64,000 nt of DNA from a virus. Its lineage: Duplodnaviria; Caudoviricetes. The notes under the pieces are model-generated. The model did not search any database. It saw nothing but the letters and a program-made list of their open reading frames with translations, and was not told the DNA's origin. Position 1 is the stretch's first letter, and every line of letters starts with the position of its first letter. The stretch covers positions 1-64,000 of the IMG/VR virus record IMGVR_UViG_3300037455_000467; one strand, written 5' to 3'. Positions 29,598 to 38,538 of the stretch are shown one piece after another. Position numbers and translations under genes: made by a program.

Positions 29598-29891
29598 TTA
29601 TTGCGAATTTCTAACCTCTACCCATTTAAAATATTCTTCATTAGTTAGTCCTTCGCTCTCTATTGACCGAGCCCTAGCATTAGCATATGCTTGCGTAATA
29701 GTAGCCTCAGCATAAATATCAGCTTCAAGTTTTTTAGTATAAGTATTAAGTACGTTATGCCCCCATGTAAAGTATAGAAGCACAAATATCAATCCGATTA
29801 CAATAATTCGAACGAGTCGAACTATCTGCTTATTATCATCTGCATCTATTTTAAGCTTAGCAAGTTCAGCAGAATCAATATCAACTTTCAT
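29598..29891 (-). CDS. Membrane protein with an SPFH-tail-like C-terminus
   Basis: TM helix, then AEATITQAYANARARSIESEGLTNEEYFKW. Confidence 0.5.
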   Translation of the reverse strand: MKVDIDSAELAKLKIDADDNKQIVRLVRIIVIGLIFVLLYFTWGHNVLNTYTKKLEADIYAEATITQAYANARARSIESEGLTNEEYFKWVEVRNSQ

Positions 29892-30129
29892 TAAGCGCCC
29901 TTTCTATCTCATCATAGTCAATGTTAGTTTTATTATATATAATAATTTTAGACTCTGTTGACCAAGGAGTACTATCAATAGTTGATAATAGATAATCATT
30001 TAGGATACTATTTTTATCCATCCAATTATCAGCATACTCACTAGCTTCTTCATAAGTTAAAGATACAAGTTTGACTATTTTACCATATTGACTATAATGA
30101 AACAAATATAAATCATAAAGTGTAGGCAA
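29881..30129 (-). CDS. Hypothetical protein
   Basis: 82-aa ORF. Confidence 0.55.
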   Translation of the reverse strand: MPTLYDLYLFHYSQYGKIVKLVSLTYEEASEYADNWMDKNSILNDYLLSTIDSTPWSTESKIIIYNKTNIDYDEIERALNES

Positions 30130-30135
30130 TTGTCA

Positions 30136-30342
30136 TCACCCTTTTATAGTTCGACTCATGTATTTCTTACGTTCTTTTTTCCAATCTTTAAGTTTCTTTA
30201 CACGAGTTTGATGTCTATTATAGACTTTATTACCGTCTTCATAACCTCTAGCATAAGCAGTTTTAGCTACAAATATACATGCAATAGTAGTAATTATAGT
30301 AAACGGAATGAACATGATTGCAAACATGAAAATATCCGACAT
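30136..30342 (-). CDS. Small membrane protein
   Basis: TM helix plus basic tail; AAGGAG RBS. Confidence 0.6.
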   Translation of the reverse strand: MSDIFMFAIMFIPFTIITTIACIFVAKTAYARGYEDGNKVYNRHQTRVKKLKDWKKERKKYMSRTIKG

Positions 30343-30363
30343 ATTATAGCTCCTTAATAAACT

Positions 30364-31047
30364 TTACTCTTCAACTGGATGAAGAAACTCATTGTTAAAA
30401 TTATTAATCCAACCAATAGGAATGTCCTCAATACCAAAATATAAACCAGCTAAAGCACCAGTAACTGCTAGAATACTAATCGGGCAATTGTCAAAGCTCA
30501 TAGCTCTATTTAATGCATCCATGTATGTCTCAGAGAATATAAATGACCACATGCTAGCAAAGAATACATTTTTAGCGTTATAGTCAATAACTACTTCACT
30601 TTGATTTACATCAAGCTCTGGAAGAATCTCTAAAATATCATTATCATCTTTAATCTGGTTGTACACAATATCATGTAGCAAATGAACGTACTCGATAGCT
30701 ACTCCATGAGCGATTCTATCTTCAGTAAATATAGAACAAATATTACTTATAACGTCACTCATCTTACCATCATATGAATATGAACTAATAAACCCTAATG
30801 GAGAAATATAAATCAACACATCTCCGTCATTGAACGAATTCCTTAGCTGATCAGCAGTAAGAATAGATTCGAGTCCATTGCGAATATCAGTAGGATTAAC
30901 TTTATTGGTATCAATAATAGTTCGAGTTATTGAAATTAGCAATTCAGTAGGAATCTTATACTCGGGAACTTGACTCATAGCATAACAAGCACCAGCTAAA
31001 ATATCAGTGATGTATTTAACTCGCGTAGATTTCATAGCAAACTCCAA
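30364..31047 (-). CDS. ADP-ribosylglycohydrolase (DraG/ARH)-like protein with degenerate catalytic motifs
   Basis: C-terminal ALNRAMS...LAVTGALAGLYFGIEDIPIGWI. Confidence 0.6.
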   Translation of the reverse strand: MEFAMKSTRVKYITDILAGACYAMSQVPEYKIPTELLISITRTIIDTNKVNPTDIRNGLESILTADQLRNSFNDGDVLIYISPLGFISSYSYDGKMSDVISNICSIFTEDRIAHGVAIEYVHLLHDIVYNQIKDDNDILEILPELDVNQSEVVIDYNAKNVFFASMWSFIFSETYMDALNRAMSFDNCPISILAVTGALAGLYFGIEDIPIGWINNFNNEFLHPVEE

Positions 31048-31057
31048 TCAGAAAAAT

Positions 31058-31090
31058 ATGAGGATTAGTAAACTTTCTACTAACCCTCAT
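31058..31090 (-). terminator. Intrinsic terminator
   Basis: ATGAGGGTTAGTAG-aaagt-TTACTAATCCTCAT followed by ATTTTT. Confidence 0.7.
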
Positions 31091-31095
31091 GTTTA

Positions 31096-31284
31096 TTAAG
31101 ACCTATTCCTGCGCATTCTATGATTTCTTACTCGAATATCAATCTTTCCTTCTTCGACATCCTCAATGCATCTATCATAACCATTCCAGTCACCCAATTT
31201 ATAACCTGCTATAAAGGTTATAATAATGACTACCATCGTTAGAATAAATGCTAAGTCAAACCCCGTAAAGAAATGATTAAACAT
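31096..31284 (-). CDS. Small membrane protein (cassette gene)
   Basis: 62 aa TM, own promoter and terminator. Confidence 0.65.
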   Translation of the reverse strand: MFNHFFTGFDLAFILTMVVIIITFIAGYKLGDWNGYDRCIEDVEEGKIDIRVRNHRMRRNRS

Positions 31285-31313
31285 TTTTGCTCCAATCTTC
31301 CTACGTTTACAGT

Positions 31314-31341
31314 CCTATATAAGTACTGGTAAATTGTGCGA
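31314..31341 (-). promoter_or_regulatory. CGCA-type phage promoter motif
   Basis: Sense TCGCACAATTTACCAGTACTTATATAGG. Confidence 0.65.
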
Positions 31342-31367
31342 AAATATGGAGATTTTGTGTTTAAGTA

Positions 31368-32030
31368 TCAATATTCGATGTCATCAAAGCACCAAGGAGC
31401 CAAAGTTTTAATCTCTTCAAATAAAGGAATCATTACTTCTCGCATCTGATAATGTGCATGCGAATCGCATCGAAGATTGAATATATTACGCCACTCTCGA
31501 TAGTTAGTTGTTACATAAAGCTCAGTCTTAGTATCAGTTGGTAAACATCCACGAGCTTCTTCTGGAGTTTGTCCAGCTTCAAGACGTTTAAAATATTCTT
31601 CTTCTGCTCGCTCAAGTCCATCAATCCAAATATTCTCAACAGCAGATTCAAATGATGCTGAGTCTTTAATAAAAGTTATCTGTTTGCCGAAACGTCCACC
31701 ACTATAATTACAATATCGACTACTTTCTTGAGCATATGCAGTATGTCGATGTCGTACTATTTCATGAGAAATGCCTCGATTGATTATAAATAGAACACTA
31801 AGGCTAGAATGCTCAAGTGGACTATGATGAGGATGCTTAGGATCTCGATCACGAATCCTACGGATGAGTGCACATTGCTCTTCATATGTTTGTAGCTCTG
31901 GAAACTTATAGCAGATTCTTGCAGCTTTGGCTATACGACGAGCATCTTCTCGTGGCTCGAAATGATCAATTTCATATTTTGCATCAATTATTTGCATTAT
32001 TACCGCCCTCAATAATTTTATTATGAGCAT
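31368..32030 (-). CDS. thyX: FAD-dependent thymidylate synthase
   Basis: HSPLEH, RGISHEIVRHRHTAYAQESSRY, EEARGCLP, NYREWR, HAHYQMR. Confidence 0.95.
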   Translation of the reverse strand: MLIIKLLRAVIMQIIDAKYEIDHFEPREDARRIAKAARICYKFPELQTYEEQCALIRRIRDRDPKHPHHSPLEHSSLSVLFIINRGISHEIVRHRHTAYAQESSRYCNYSGGRFGKQITFIKDSASFESAVENIWIDGLERAEEEYFKRLEAGQTPEEARGCLPTDTKTELYVTTNYREWRNIFNLRCDSHAHYQMREVMIPLFEEIKTLAPWCFDDIEY

Positions 32031-32322
32031 CTACTCCACAAACTCTAATATGCCATCTATCAATTTTTGCTTCTTTAGCAATATCATCAACCGATAGTCC
32101 AAGAGTTTCTACACAAATCATAACGTCAGTAAGTTCTTCAGAAATATTATCATCAATCTCGAACATCTTACGAGGAGTATAATTTTCATTACGAATCTTA
32201 CGAGCCTTTTTTAAACATGCATGTGCGAGTTCGATGCATTCTTCAGCCATCTGTTCGAACTTTGCTGCATCAGAAAGCTGATTACGAATATCATTTAGCA
32301 TAGCTTCATATTCAAAACTCAT
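31984..32322 (-). CDS. MazG-like nucleotide pyrophosphohydrolase
   Basis: AEECIELAHACLK...EELTDVMIC. Confidence 0.75.
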   Translation of the reverse strand: MSFEYEAMLNDIRNQLSDAAKFEQMAEECIELAHACLKKARKIRNENYTPRKMFEIDDNISEELTDVMICVETLGLSVDDIAKEAKIDRWHIRVCGVDAHNKIIEGGNNANN

Positions 32323-32705
32323 AGAAATCCTTTCGGCTGTTTTACTTGTAAAATTAATCTAGTGGCATAACATTGTTCGTTGTTATATGTTTTATTAGAA
32401 TATCGCTTAAGGGCTAATTCTTTGATTGTTACTAAATCAATTGGAATATAACGTAATTTCTCATCACTCAGGTTAGTTACTCGAATTCCATTAAGTTGAA
32501 TACGAGTATTATTATTGAGTCTAACTTTAAGGGAAAAGAAACTATCCTTATCATGATGTGGTACAATATCATGCTCCATTAGACGAACTACGTCTTTTCG
32601 AGCTATATTAACTATTACATAGTATCCTCTATCAGAATAGTTGAATAACTCGATTGGAGATACTGATAAATATAAATTAGAGTCTTCGAAGTAGCAGTTC
32701 TTCAT
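32319..32705 (-). CDS. Hypothetical protein
   Basis: 128-aa ORF. Confidence 0.55.
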   Translation of the reverse strand: MKNCYFEDSNLYLSVSPIELFNYSDRGYYVIVNIARKDVVRLMEHDIVPHHDKDSFFSLKVRLNNNTRIQLNGIRVTNLSDEKLRYIPIDLVTIKELALKRYSNKTYNNEQCYATRLILQVKQPKGFL

Positions 32706-32790
32706 TCATAGAATCCAGTCTCCATTCAGCTCATAGTGAAGTAAATATAAGTCCCAACAAATCGAGGCACGAATACTTGTGAGACATGAC

Positions 32791-33093
32791 TTACTTCAAT
32801 ACATTCATTTGACGCAAAATATCATAAACATCTTCACCATTGAGCTTACGGTATCTAATCATTTGTTTTTCATTATTTGAGAGTTTACGTTTTAAATCCC
32901 AGTGAATCATAGATGATGGATCATAGTATGTTTGCTCGGAAGAAATATAACGACGATTTACTGACATTGTTTGAGTTAGTCTAACAATAGTTGATAAACA
33001 TGTAATAGCTGCCACAATAATAGCAGTTGCTTCTCTTGGATTATTTGCTGCATAGTTAATAATTTCTTTTACAGTATTCTTATCAACATTCAT
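32791..33093 (-). CDS. Hypothetical protein with a TM segment
   Basis: 100-aa ORF. Confidence 0.6.
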   Translation of the reverse strand: MNVDKNTVKEIINYAANNPREATAIIVAAITCLSTIVRLTQTMSVNRRYISSEQTYYDPSSMIHWDLKRKLSNNEKQMIRYRKLNGEDVYDILRQMNVLK

Positions 33094-33125
33094 AATTTTT
33101 CCAATCTTTTGTAAAAATATAAAAG

Positions 33126-33423
33126 TAGGGTAGAGTGTAAAATTTGTTTTATAACTTTATGCTTTCTTATACATTATACCATCGATTGTAATATAATCAT
33201 TCTGGTTGTCATCTTTTAGTTTTTCTTGAATGCTGTCAAGAATACTTGCTGGATTATCTTGGTCATCAGAATCCACTTCTTGACCACGACGATAACCAGC
33301 CTCGTATGCAGCAGACAACATAAAATATAAACCAATTCCTGCCCCAACAATACTACAAATATTATAAAATTTTCTTAACATAATTTCTTAAATCCTTTCT
33401 AAATTTTTATACACTCTACCCTA
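33126..33423. repeat. 14-bp perfect inverted repeat flanking gene 33157-33381
   Basis: TAGGGTAGAGTGTA at 33126-33139 and its reverse complement at 33410-33423. Confidence 0.85.
33157..33381 (-). CDS. Small membrane protein (cassette gene)
   Basis: 74 aa, N-terminal TM. Confidence 0.65.
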   Translation of the reverse strand: MLRKFYNICSIVGAGIGLYFMLSAAYEAGYRRGQEVDSDDQDNPASILDSIQEKLKDDNQNDYITIDGIMYKKA

Positions 33424-33447
33424 TAAAGTAGATAGTAATTTTTGCGA
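33420..33447 (-). promoter_or_regulatory. CGCA-type phage promoter motif
   Basis: Sense TCGCAAAAATTACTATCTACTTTATAGG. Confidence 0.65.
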
Positions 33448-33456
33448 CTACTCTTA

Positions 33457-33639
33457 TTAAGAATATAATTGTATATATGCTTTTAGTTCTGAGATTCGTT
33501 TATTAAGTTTTTTAAGTTTTTTCTGAATGCTATCTTTCTGCAGTTCTATTTCAGAAAGACTTGATAGTATGTTATGTTTAGAATCTATCAAGAAGTCTAA
33601 AGTCTTTTTAGCTTCATCGACAAACTGCAAATATAACAC
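33457..33639 (-). CDS. Small coiled-coil protein
   Basis: 60 aa, heptad pattern. Confidence 0.45.
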   Translation of the reverse strand: MLYLQFVDEAKKTLDFLIDSKHNILSSLSEIELQKDSIQKKLKKLNKRISELKAYIQLYS

Positions 33640-33642
33640 CTC

Positions 33643-33891
33643 CTAAAATACAGCATCTATTATTAATGGTAGACCAAGTACCTGAGTATCATAAATTACA
33701 TACTCATCAAAATGCTCGTAATAATTTTGCCAATATTGTACTTTAGATGAAATGGTATTACCAAATGGATCAATCTCTGTAAAAATATCAACTCGTTTCC
33801 TAGTATCTGCTATAGCATGATCAAATACTTGAACTTTATTCAAGTCCATTTCGAAATATTTAGCTATAAATATAATTTCACTAAGTTTCAT
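33643..33891 (-). CDS. Hypothetical protein
   Basis: 82-aa ORF. Confidence 0.55.
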   Translation of the reverse strand: MKLSEIIFIAKYFEMDLNKVQVFDHAIADTRKRVDIFTEIDPFGNTISSKVQYWQNYYEHFDEYVIYDTQVLGLPLIIDAVF

Positions 33892-33957
33892 TGGTAATGC
33901 ATCCTATTTTCAATGGGTAATTAGTCATATAGATTTAAAAGTACCCTTTAAATGGCT

Positions 33958-34362
33958 TTACAGCGCCTCATTTACCTGCGATTTTGATAGGGTTCTATTT
34001 TGGTCAATTTGATAAAGTTTTTGGGCTAAAAATATAACTTCAGCAGTCTTTTTACCTACTCCTGGTATATTAAATACTTCTTTACTTGATAAATACGCCC
34101 ATTGCTTAACATCTTTGTATCCTTCAAGATGAAGACTGTTTGTAGCTCGAACACCAACATCGGATTTTAGAACTTTACATGCTCTCCAAATATAATAGTC
34201 GACATCGTCTGGAACTTTCTTTTGCTTCTGTATCATTCTTATGTTAATTTCTCGAACGCGTGCTGGGGTAATTCCATAAAATCTAGCAACTTCATTATAT
34301 GATTTACCACTTTTGATAGCTATGCGAATGTCTCGATTTCTATTGATTTTTTCTTCAGCCAT
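33958..34362 (-). CDS. Sigma region 4-like HTH fused to an RNA polymerase alpha-CTD-like domain
   Basis: RNRDIRIAIKSGKSYNEVARFYGITPARVREI plus VRATNSLHLEGYKDVKQW...VFNIPGVGKKTAEVI. Confidence 0.65.
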   Translation of the reverse strand: MAEEKINRNRDIRIAIKSGKSYNEVARFYGITPARVREINIRMIQKQKKVPDDVDYYIWRACKVLKSDVGVRATNSLHLEGYKDVKQWAYLSSKEVFNIPGVGKKTAEVIFLAQKLYQIDQNRTLSKSQVNEAL

Positions 34363-34377
34363 AATAAAATATAACTC

Positions 34378-34665
34378 CTAGGAGAATGCCCATATATGTT
34401 TCTTGCCATTCATAACACTAAGTTGACCACCATTAATCGAAATAGTTTTTTCAACCTCTGTATCATCAGAGCCAGTATGAATATAACATTTAAATTCGTA
34501 AACAGGAGCACCAGTTCTAGTTAAGTCTTTCTCTTTAGAAACTCGTACCGGATCAATTACAATGATATCATCAAGTAGTTTTGTTCCTCTGAAATCTTCT
34601 ATGAGATTTGCTCGTGCATTATAAGCGTCTTTCTGCTCAATAAATCTAACTACAATCTCAACCAT
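34378..34665 (-). CDS. Hypothetical protein
   Basis: 95-aa ORF. Confidence 0.55.
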   Translation of the reverse strand: MVEIVVRFIEQKDAYNARANLIEDFRGTKLLDDIIVIDPVRVSKEKDLTRTGAPVYEFKCYIHTGSDDTEVEKTISINGGQLSVMNGKKHIWAFS

Positions 34666-34681
34666 AAATATTCCTTTCTAC

Positions 34682-34951
34682 TTAATCATTTGGTCTATTA
34701 GCGAGAACTTGATTTCTAAAATTTATATAAGCTAATCGATCTTTTTCAACATCTTGAATTTCATTAATCAAGTCTTCACTCTTAATATACTCTGAACCAC
34801 TTGATTGACGATACCATTGCTGAATTCTGTAATATAATCTTTCTTTATGAAGATTATACGTTCGTTCTAGTTGATTCAGCATTCGAAAAATATAATCTCG
34901 ATCTTCTATACCATTCTCTTCTAGTCGTCTATTTATGTAATGTTCTAGCAT
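34682..34951 (-). CDS. Hypothetical protein
   Basis: 89-aa ORF. Confidence 0.55.
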   Translation of the reverse strand: MLEHYINRRLEENGIEDRDYIFRMLNQLERTYNLHKERLYYRIQQWYRQSSGSEYIKSEDLINEIQDVEKDRLAYINFRNQVLANRPND

Positions 34952-35088
34952 GATGAAACTCCCGAGAAAAATATAAATAGTTATTTTATTTACCTACCAT
35001 CCCTACCGTACATGAGTGCTTTGGCTCCACTCCATCTGAAGTACGCCCTCCTCTCCTAAGCCTCGTCGTACTCTACAAACACTCTACT

Positions 35089-35115
35089 CTATTATACAAG
35101 TGGGAATTTTTGCGA
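35089..35115 (-). promoter_or_regulatory. CGCA-type phage promoter motif
   Basis: Sense TCGCAAAAATTCCCACTTGTATAATAG. Confidence 0.65.
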
Positions 35116-35116
35116 A

Positions 35117-35153
35117 AAAATATAAATCCCCGGAAATTCAACGATCTCCGGGG
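35117..35153 (-). terminator. Intrinsic terminator with a TTTATATTTTT tail
   Basis: CCCCGGA/TCCGGGG stem at 35128-35153. Confidence 0.75.
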
Positions 35154-35164
35154 AAATATAAATA

Positions 35165-36061
35165 CTATGAAGCGGCCTGTAAATATCTAATAGATTGTCT
35201 ATTCTTACTATTTGTACTAGATTTACGATTAGTAGAAGATTTTGGAGTTGATGTAGTCTTACGCTGAGTAGTTGCTGAGGTATTAGATTTCTTAGTTGTA
35301 GTTGAAGAATTTTGTTTAGGTTGTTCATCAGTATTAAATTGTTCATAAACAGCTTGAGCAGCTTTACGAGCCTCACGTGCTTTACGTACTTCATTCATAG
35401 TCTCTACAGTACGTCCACCATTACGCTCTTCTTCTGCCATCTTCTTTTTAAGGTCATCGATACGTTTCTTAGCAGCATCAAGATCTTGCTTAGCTACGTC
35501 ACGTGCTTTAGTTTTTCCATACTTATTAATAAGATTATCATAAACTTTCTTACCAGTAGACTCGTAATGTTGTTTAGATTTTACAGAACCAGCATCAGCT
35601 GCTTGTTTAGCTTGACGTTGTCTTTGATATTGTTCTTCGCGCTGCCTATCGCCACGAGATTCATATTCTTGTTTTGCTTTACTTCCAGCATCAGTTTCTC
35701 TTTTAAAATTATTAGCATAGTCTTTAACACGATCTTTATATTCTTTAGCAGACTCTGCTTGTTTCTTCCATGAATCAACATAGCTATCCATCATTTTATT
35801 TTGAGCATATAAAGCTGCTCCGCCTAAAGCTACACTTCCTGCTACTAATCCAGCAGTTTTAAGAGCTGCTTTTTGTGACTTAGTAAGACCTCTACGCTTC
35901 TTACTAGTCTGTCGATCATGGACTTTACCTTTAGCAGTTCGAGTACCATCAGGATTCTGATATCTACGAACTCCCCATTTCATACCTTTTATGCCGTGAT
36001 GAGAAATATAATCTACATCAAGTTGATCAACAAATGTTGGAGTATAATACACTACATACAC
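35165..36061 (-). CDS. HHG-leader protein with a basic coiled-coil body
   Basis: YISHHGIKGMKWGVRRYQNPDG. Confidence 0.8.
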   Translation of the reverse strand: MYVVYYTPTFVDQLDVDYISHHGIKGMKWGVRRYQNPDGTRTAKGKVHDRQTSKKRRGLTKSQKAALKTAGLVAGSVALGGAALYAQNKMMDSYVDSWKKQAESAKEYKDRVKDYANNFKRETDAGSKAKQEYESRGDRQREEQYQRQRQAKQAADAGSVKSKQHYESTGKKVYDNLINKYGKTKARDVAKQDLDAAKKRIDDLKKKMAEEERNGGRTVETMNEVRKAREARKAAQAVYEQFNTDEQPKQNSSTTTKKSNTSATTQRKTTSTPKSSTNRKSSTNSKNRQSIRYLQAAS

Positions 36062-36064
36062 CTC

Positions 36065-36550
36065 CTAAATATCAATAGTTCCAAGAGATTCTTTACTATA
36101 GGCTTTACGACCACCAGCCCATACGCCATTCTTAACTTTATTCATATTATAGTCAGGCGATGCTAATGCTGAATATACTCCAAGTTCTCCACGCTTAGCT
36201 ACAAATCTAACTACTCGTCCAGATGGTGCTGGAATATCCTCAACTCGTTCATTCATTAGTCGAGCCATCTCACGATTATATTGATTGATAGCATTTTTGC
36301 TCATGAGTCCACGACTAGTATAATATCCACCTTGACGCTGAAGTTGTTTATCATACTGCTTCATGTCTTTAGCAACAAGTTTTTCAGTTTTCTTTTGAAT
36401 CTTATTAGCATTTCTTTTTGCCCATTTAGCATCTTGCTTTTGCAAATGCTTAACACCAGCAGGAGTTAAAGATCCGTCTTCATTTTGATATCGTCTAACG
36501 CCCCACCGTTGTCCTTTAATTCCGTGATGCATTAAATATAAGTCATTCAT
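36065..36550 (-). CDS. HHG-leader protein
   Basis: MNDLYLMHHGIKGQRWGVRRYQNEDGSLT. Confidence 0.8.
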   Translation of the reverse strand: MNDLYLMHHGIKGQRWGVRRYQNEDGSLTPAGVKHLQKQDAKWAKRNANKIQKKTEKLVAKDMKQYDKQLQRQGGYYTSRGLMSKNAINQYNREMARLMNERVEDIPAPSGRVVRFVAKRGELGVYSALASPDYNMNKVKNGVWAGGRKAYSKESLGTIDI

Positions 36551-36552
36551 AG

Positions 36553-37450
36553 CTATAGCATACCAACCATTCTTCTTCCAGCAGTATATGCTTTACTTTT
36601 ATATACTTCACCCATAGTAGTACGATATGATCCTTCAGATATAATAGAATCCATATTAAATACTATAACAGGACTTTGCGCTTGAACTGAATTATATAAT
36701 GCATCATTCGTGTCTAATACCGCATCGTATCCATTTTTTTTTTAATTCATTAAAAAACTTAGCTCTTTGCGTAGCAACATCTTTTGCATATTTTTTATTA
36801 CCTCCAGCATCAGATGGAATGGCATGATTAAATATTGGATAAATATCATTTAAATCTTTATCTGTCGGAATATAATTTGGATCTTTTAAACGATCCATTG
36901 CTGCTCTTCCACGAGCATATCCTGGACTAATTTTATGAACGCCATCTTCAAAACGAGCTCTAAGCCTATTTTCATCAGTTACAAAATTATAAAAGTCTCT
37001 ATCATTTTCATATAATTTTCTAAAAGCTTTTGCTCCACTATCTTCTGATGCAACTTTAATTTCTTTATTCGCTTTATTTTGAATAGAATATTTATAAAAA
37101 TTACCAGTTCCTATATTATTTCCATTATCATCATAAATTGGCATAGGTGCTGGTTTATCAAAAAATTCTTTGTAATGATCAATATCTGCTTTTGTATGCG
37201 ATGCAAAAAACATGTCAGTATTTGATGTACGATTTTTATCATAAGATAATGTTTTAAAAACAGTACCTTCTTGTAATACATTATCATAATGTTTTTTATT
37301 ATATCTACTATATTTTTTCTTGCGTTCTGCTTTTATAGCTTTTTGTTCTGTTTTACTATATGATCCACCTTTTAATGGATATGGTGGTCCATTACGTGTC
37401 CCCCATTTTTGACCAAGAATTCCATGATGCATTAAATATAAGTCATTCAT
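36553..37450 (-). CDS. HHG-leader protein frameshifted at an A10 tract (36734-36743); possible ART-like cargo
   Basis: MNDLYLMHHGILGQKWGTRNGPPYPL from ATG 37450 (AGGTGAG RBS). As sequenced it stops at 36704; with A9 it continues KKNGYDAVLDTND...IVFN to a stop at 36553. Confidence 0.7.
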
Positions 37451-37454
37451 ACAC

Positions 37455-37859
37455 TCACCTATTTTCTTCAATGCCATAAACATTATTAATAGGATCGTAT
37501 GTTAAATGTTTATCTTTTAAATTCATTTTAGACATTAATTTTTTAACACGTTCAATATCTTTTTGATTTGTTTTAGCCCACTTTATAGCAGCATCTTCTG
37601 TTTGTTTCATTTGTTTTTTCATGTATGATTTTTTATATAATTGTGGATATCGTTTAGCTTGAGCTTCCATTCTACCACGAGCAGATGCATTATCTAGCAT
37701 TTGTGCATTAGAATACGCTTCTCGTCTAGCAGCTTTATTAAGTTTTTTTAAATATCTTTTTTCACCAGCAGGAGTAAGAGTCCCATCATAGTTTTCATAG
37801 CGACGTACACCCCAATGCATGCCTTTAATCCCATGATGCATTAAATATAAATCATTCAT
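37455..37859 (-). CDS. HHG-leader protein
   Basis: MNDLYLMHHGIKGMHWGVRRYENYDGTLT. Confidence 0.8.
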   Translation of the reverse strand: MNDLYLMHHGIKGMHWGVRRYENYDGTLTPAGEKRYLKKLNKAARREAYSNAQMLDNASARGRMEAQAKRYPQLYKKSYMKKQMKQTEDAAIKWAKTNQKDIERVKKLMSKMNLKDKHLTYDPINNVYGIEENR

Positions 37860-37886
37860 TGCACCTCAATTCAAACTTCGAAAAAA

Positions 37887-37913
37887 CATAGAGCTAGTAA
37901 ATTTAGCTCTATG
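37887..37913 (-). terminator. Intrinsic terminator
   Basis: CATAGAGCTA/TAGCTCTATG stem followed by TTTTTT. Confidence 0.75.
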
Positions 37914-37922
37914 CTATAGGAT

Positions 37923-38240
37923 TTAATCCAACTTAATGTATGGATACTCACGAGTTATAAAATCTTTAACAATGACTCGCAGGCAGTCACAATCAGTTTT
38001 ATCCTCAAGAATTTGATCTAAATCTTTCTTAAGAAACAGCTTTTTAGTTTCAAGCTCCATTATTTTATTCCGTCGACAAGTGATCTCATCTTTAATATCA
38101 CTAATTTGCTGATCGTAATTATCAATCATAGCTTGAACTTCATCGGCTTTCTTTGAATAATAGTCAAATTCCTTACTGAATTCACCATAATATTCAACTG
38201 CAACATCACGTGTTGATTTTACTCCACTCATAAATATCAC
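37923..38240 (-). CDS. Coiled-coil protein (cassette gene)
   Basis: Own promoter, AGGAGG RBS and terminator. Confidence 0.65.
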   Translation of the reverse strand: MIFMSGVKSTRDVAVEYYGEFSKEFDYYSKKADEVQAMIDNYDQQISDIKDEITCRRNKIMELETKKLFLKKDLDQILEDKTDCDCLRVIVKDFITREYPYIKLD

Positions 38241-38261
38241 CTCCTTTTAACGGATGTCAAT

Positions 38262-38289
38262 CCTATAAAAGAGGCAGTATTTATTGCGA
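38262..38289 (-). promoter_or_regulatory. CGCA-type phage promoter motif
   Basis: Sense TCGCAATAAATACTGCCTCTTTTATAGG. Confidence 0.7.
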
Positions 38290-38538
38290 AAAATATCAAC
38301 TATTTAGTTTTATCTTGAAGATCAGAAAGCTTATGGAACAGCATTTTTCTTTTGAATACTAAATCACAAATTGCCTTGTCGAGATTCGAAATATCTTCTT
38401 TAACGTTTCGAATCTCATCAAATATAATAGATTTGTCATCAGACTCATTATAAGCCATGATTACCACTGCTCCTTAAAATTGTAAAAAGAAAGTAATGGT
38501 AATTTCTACCACAACTCTCTTTTTTGGTTAAATCATTG

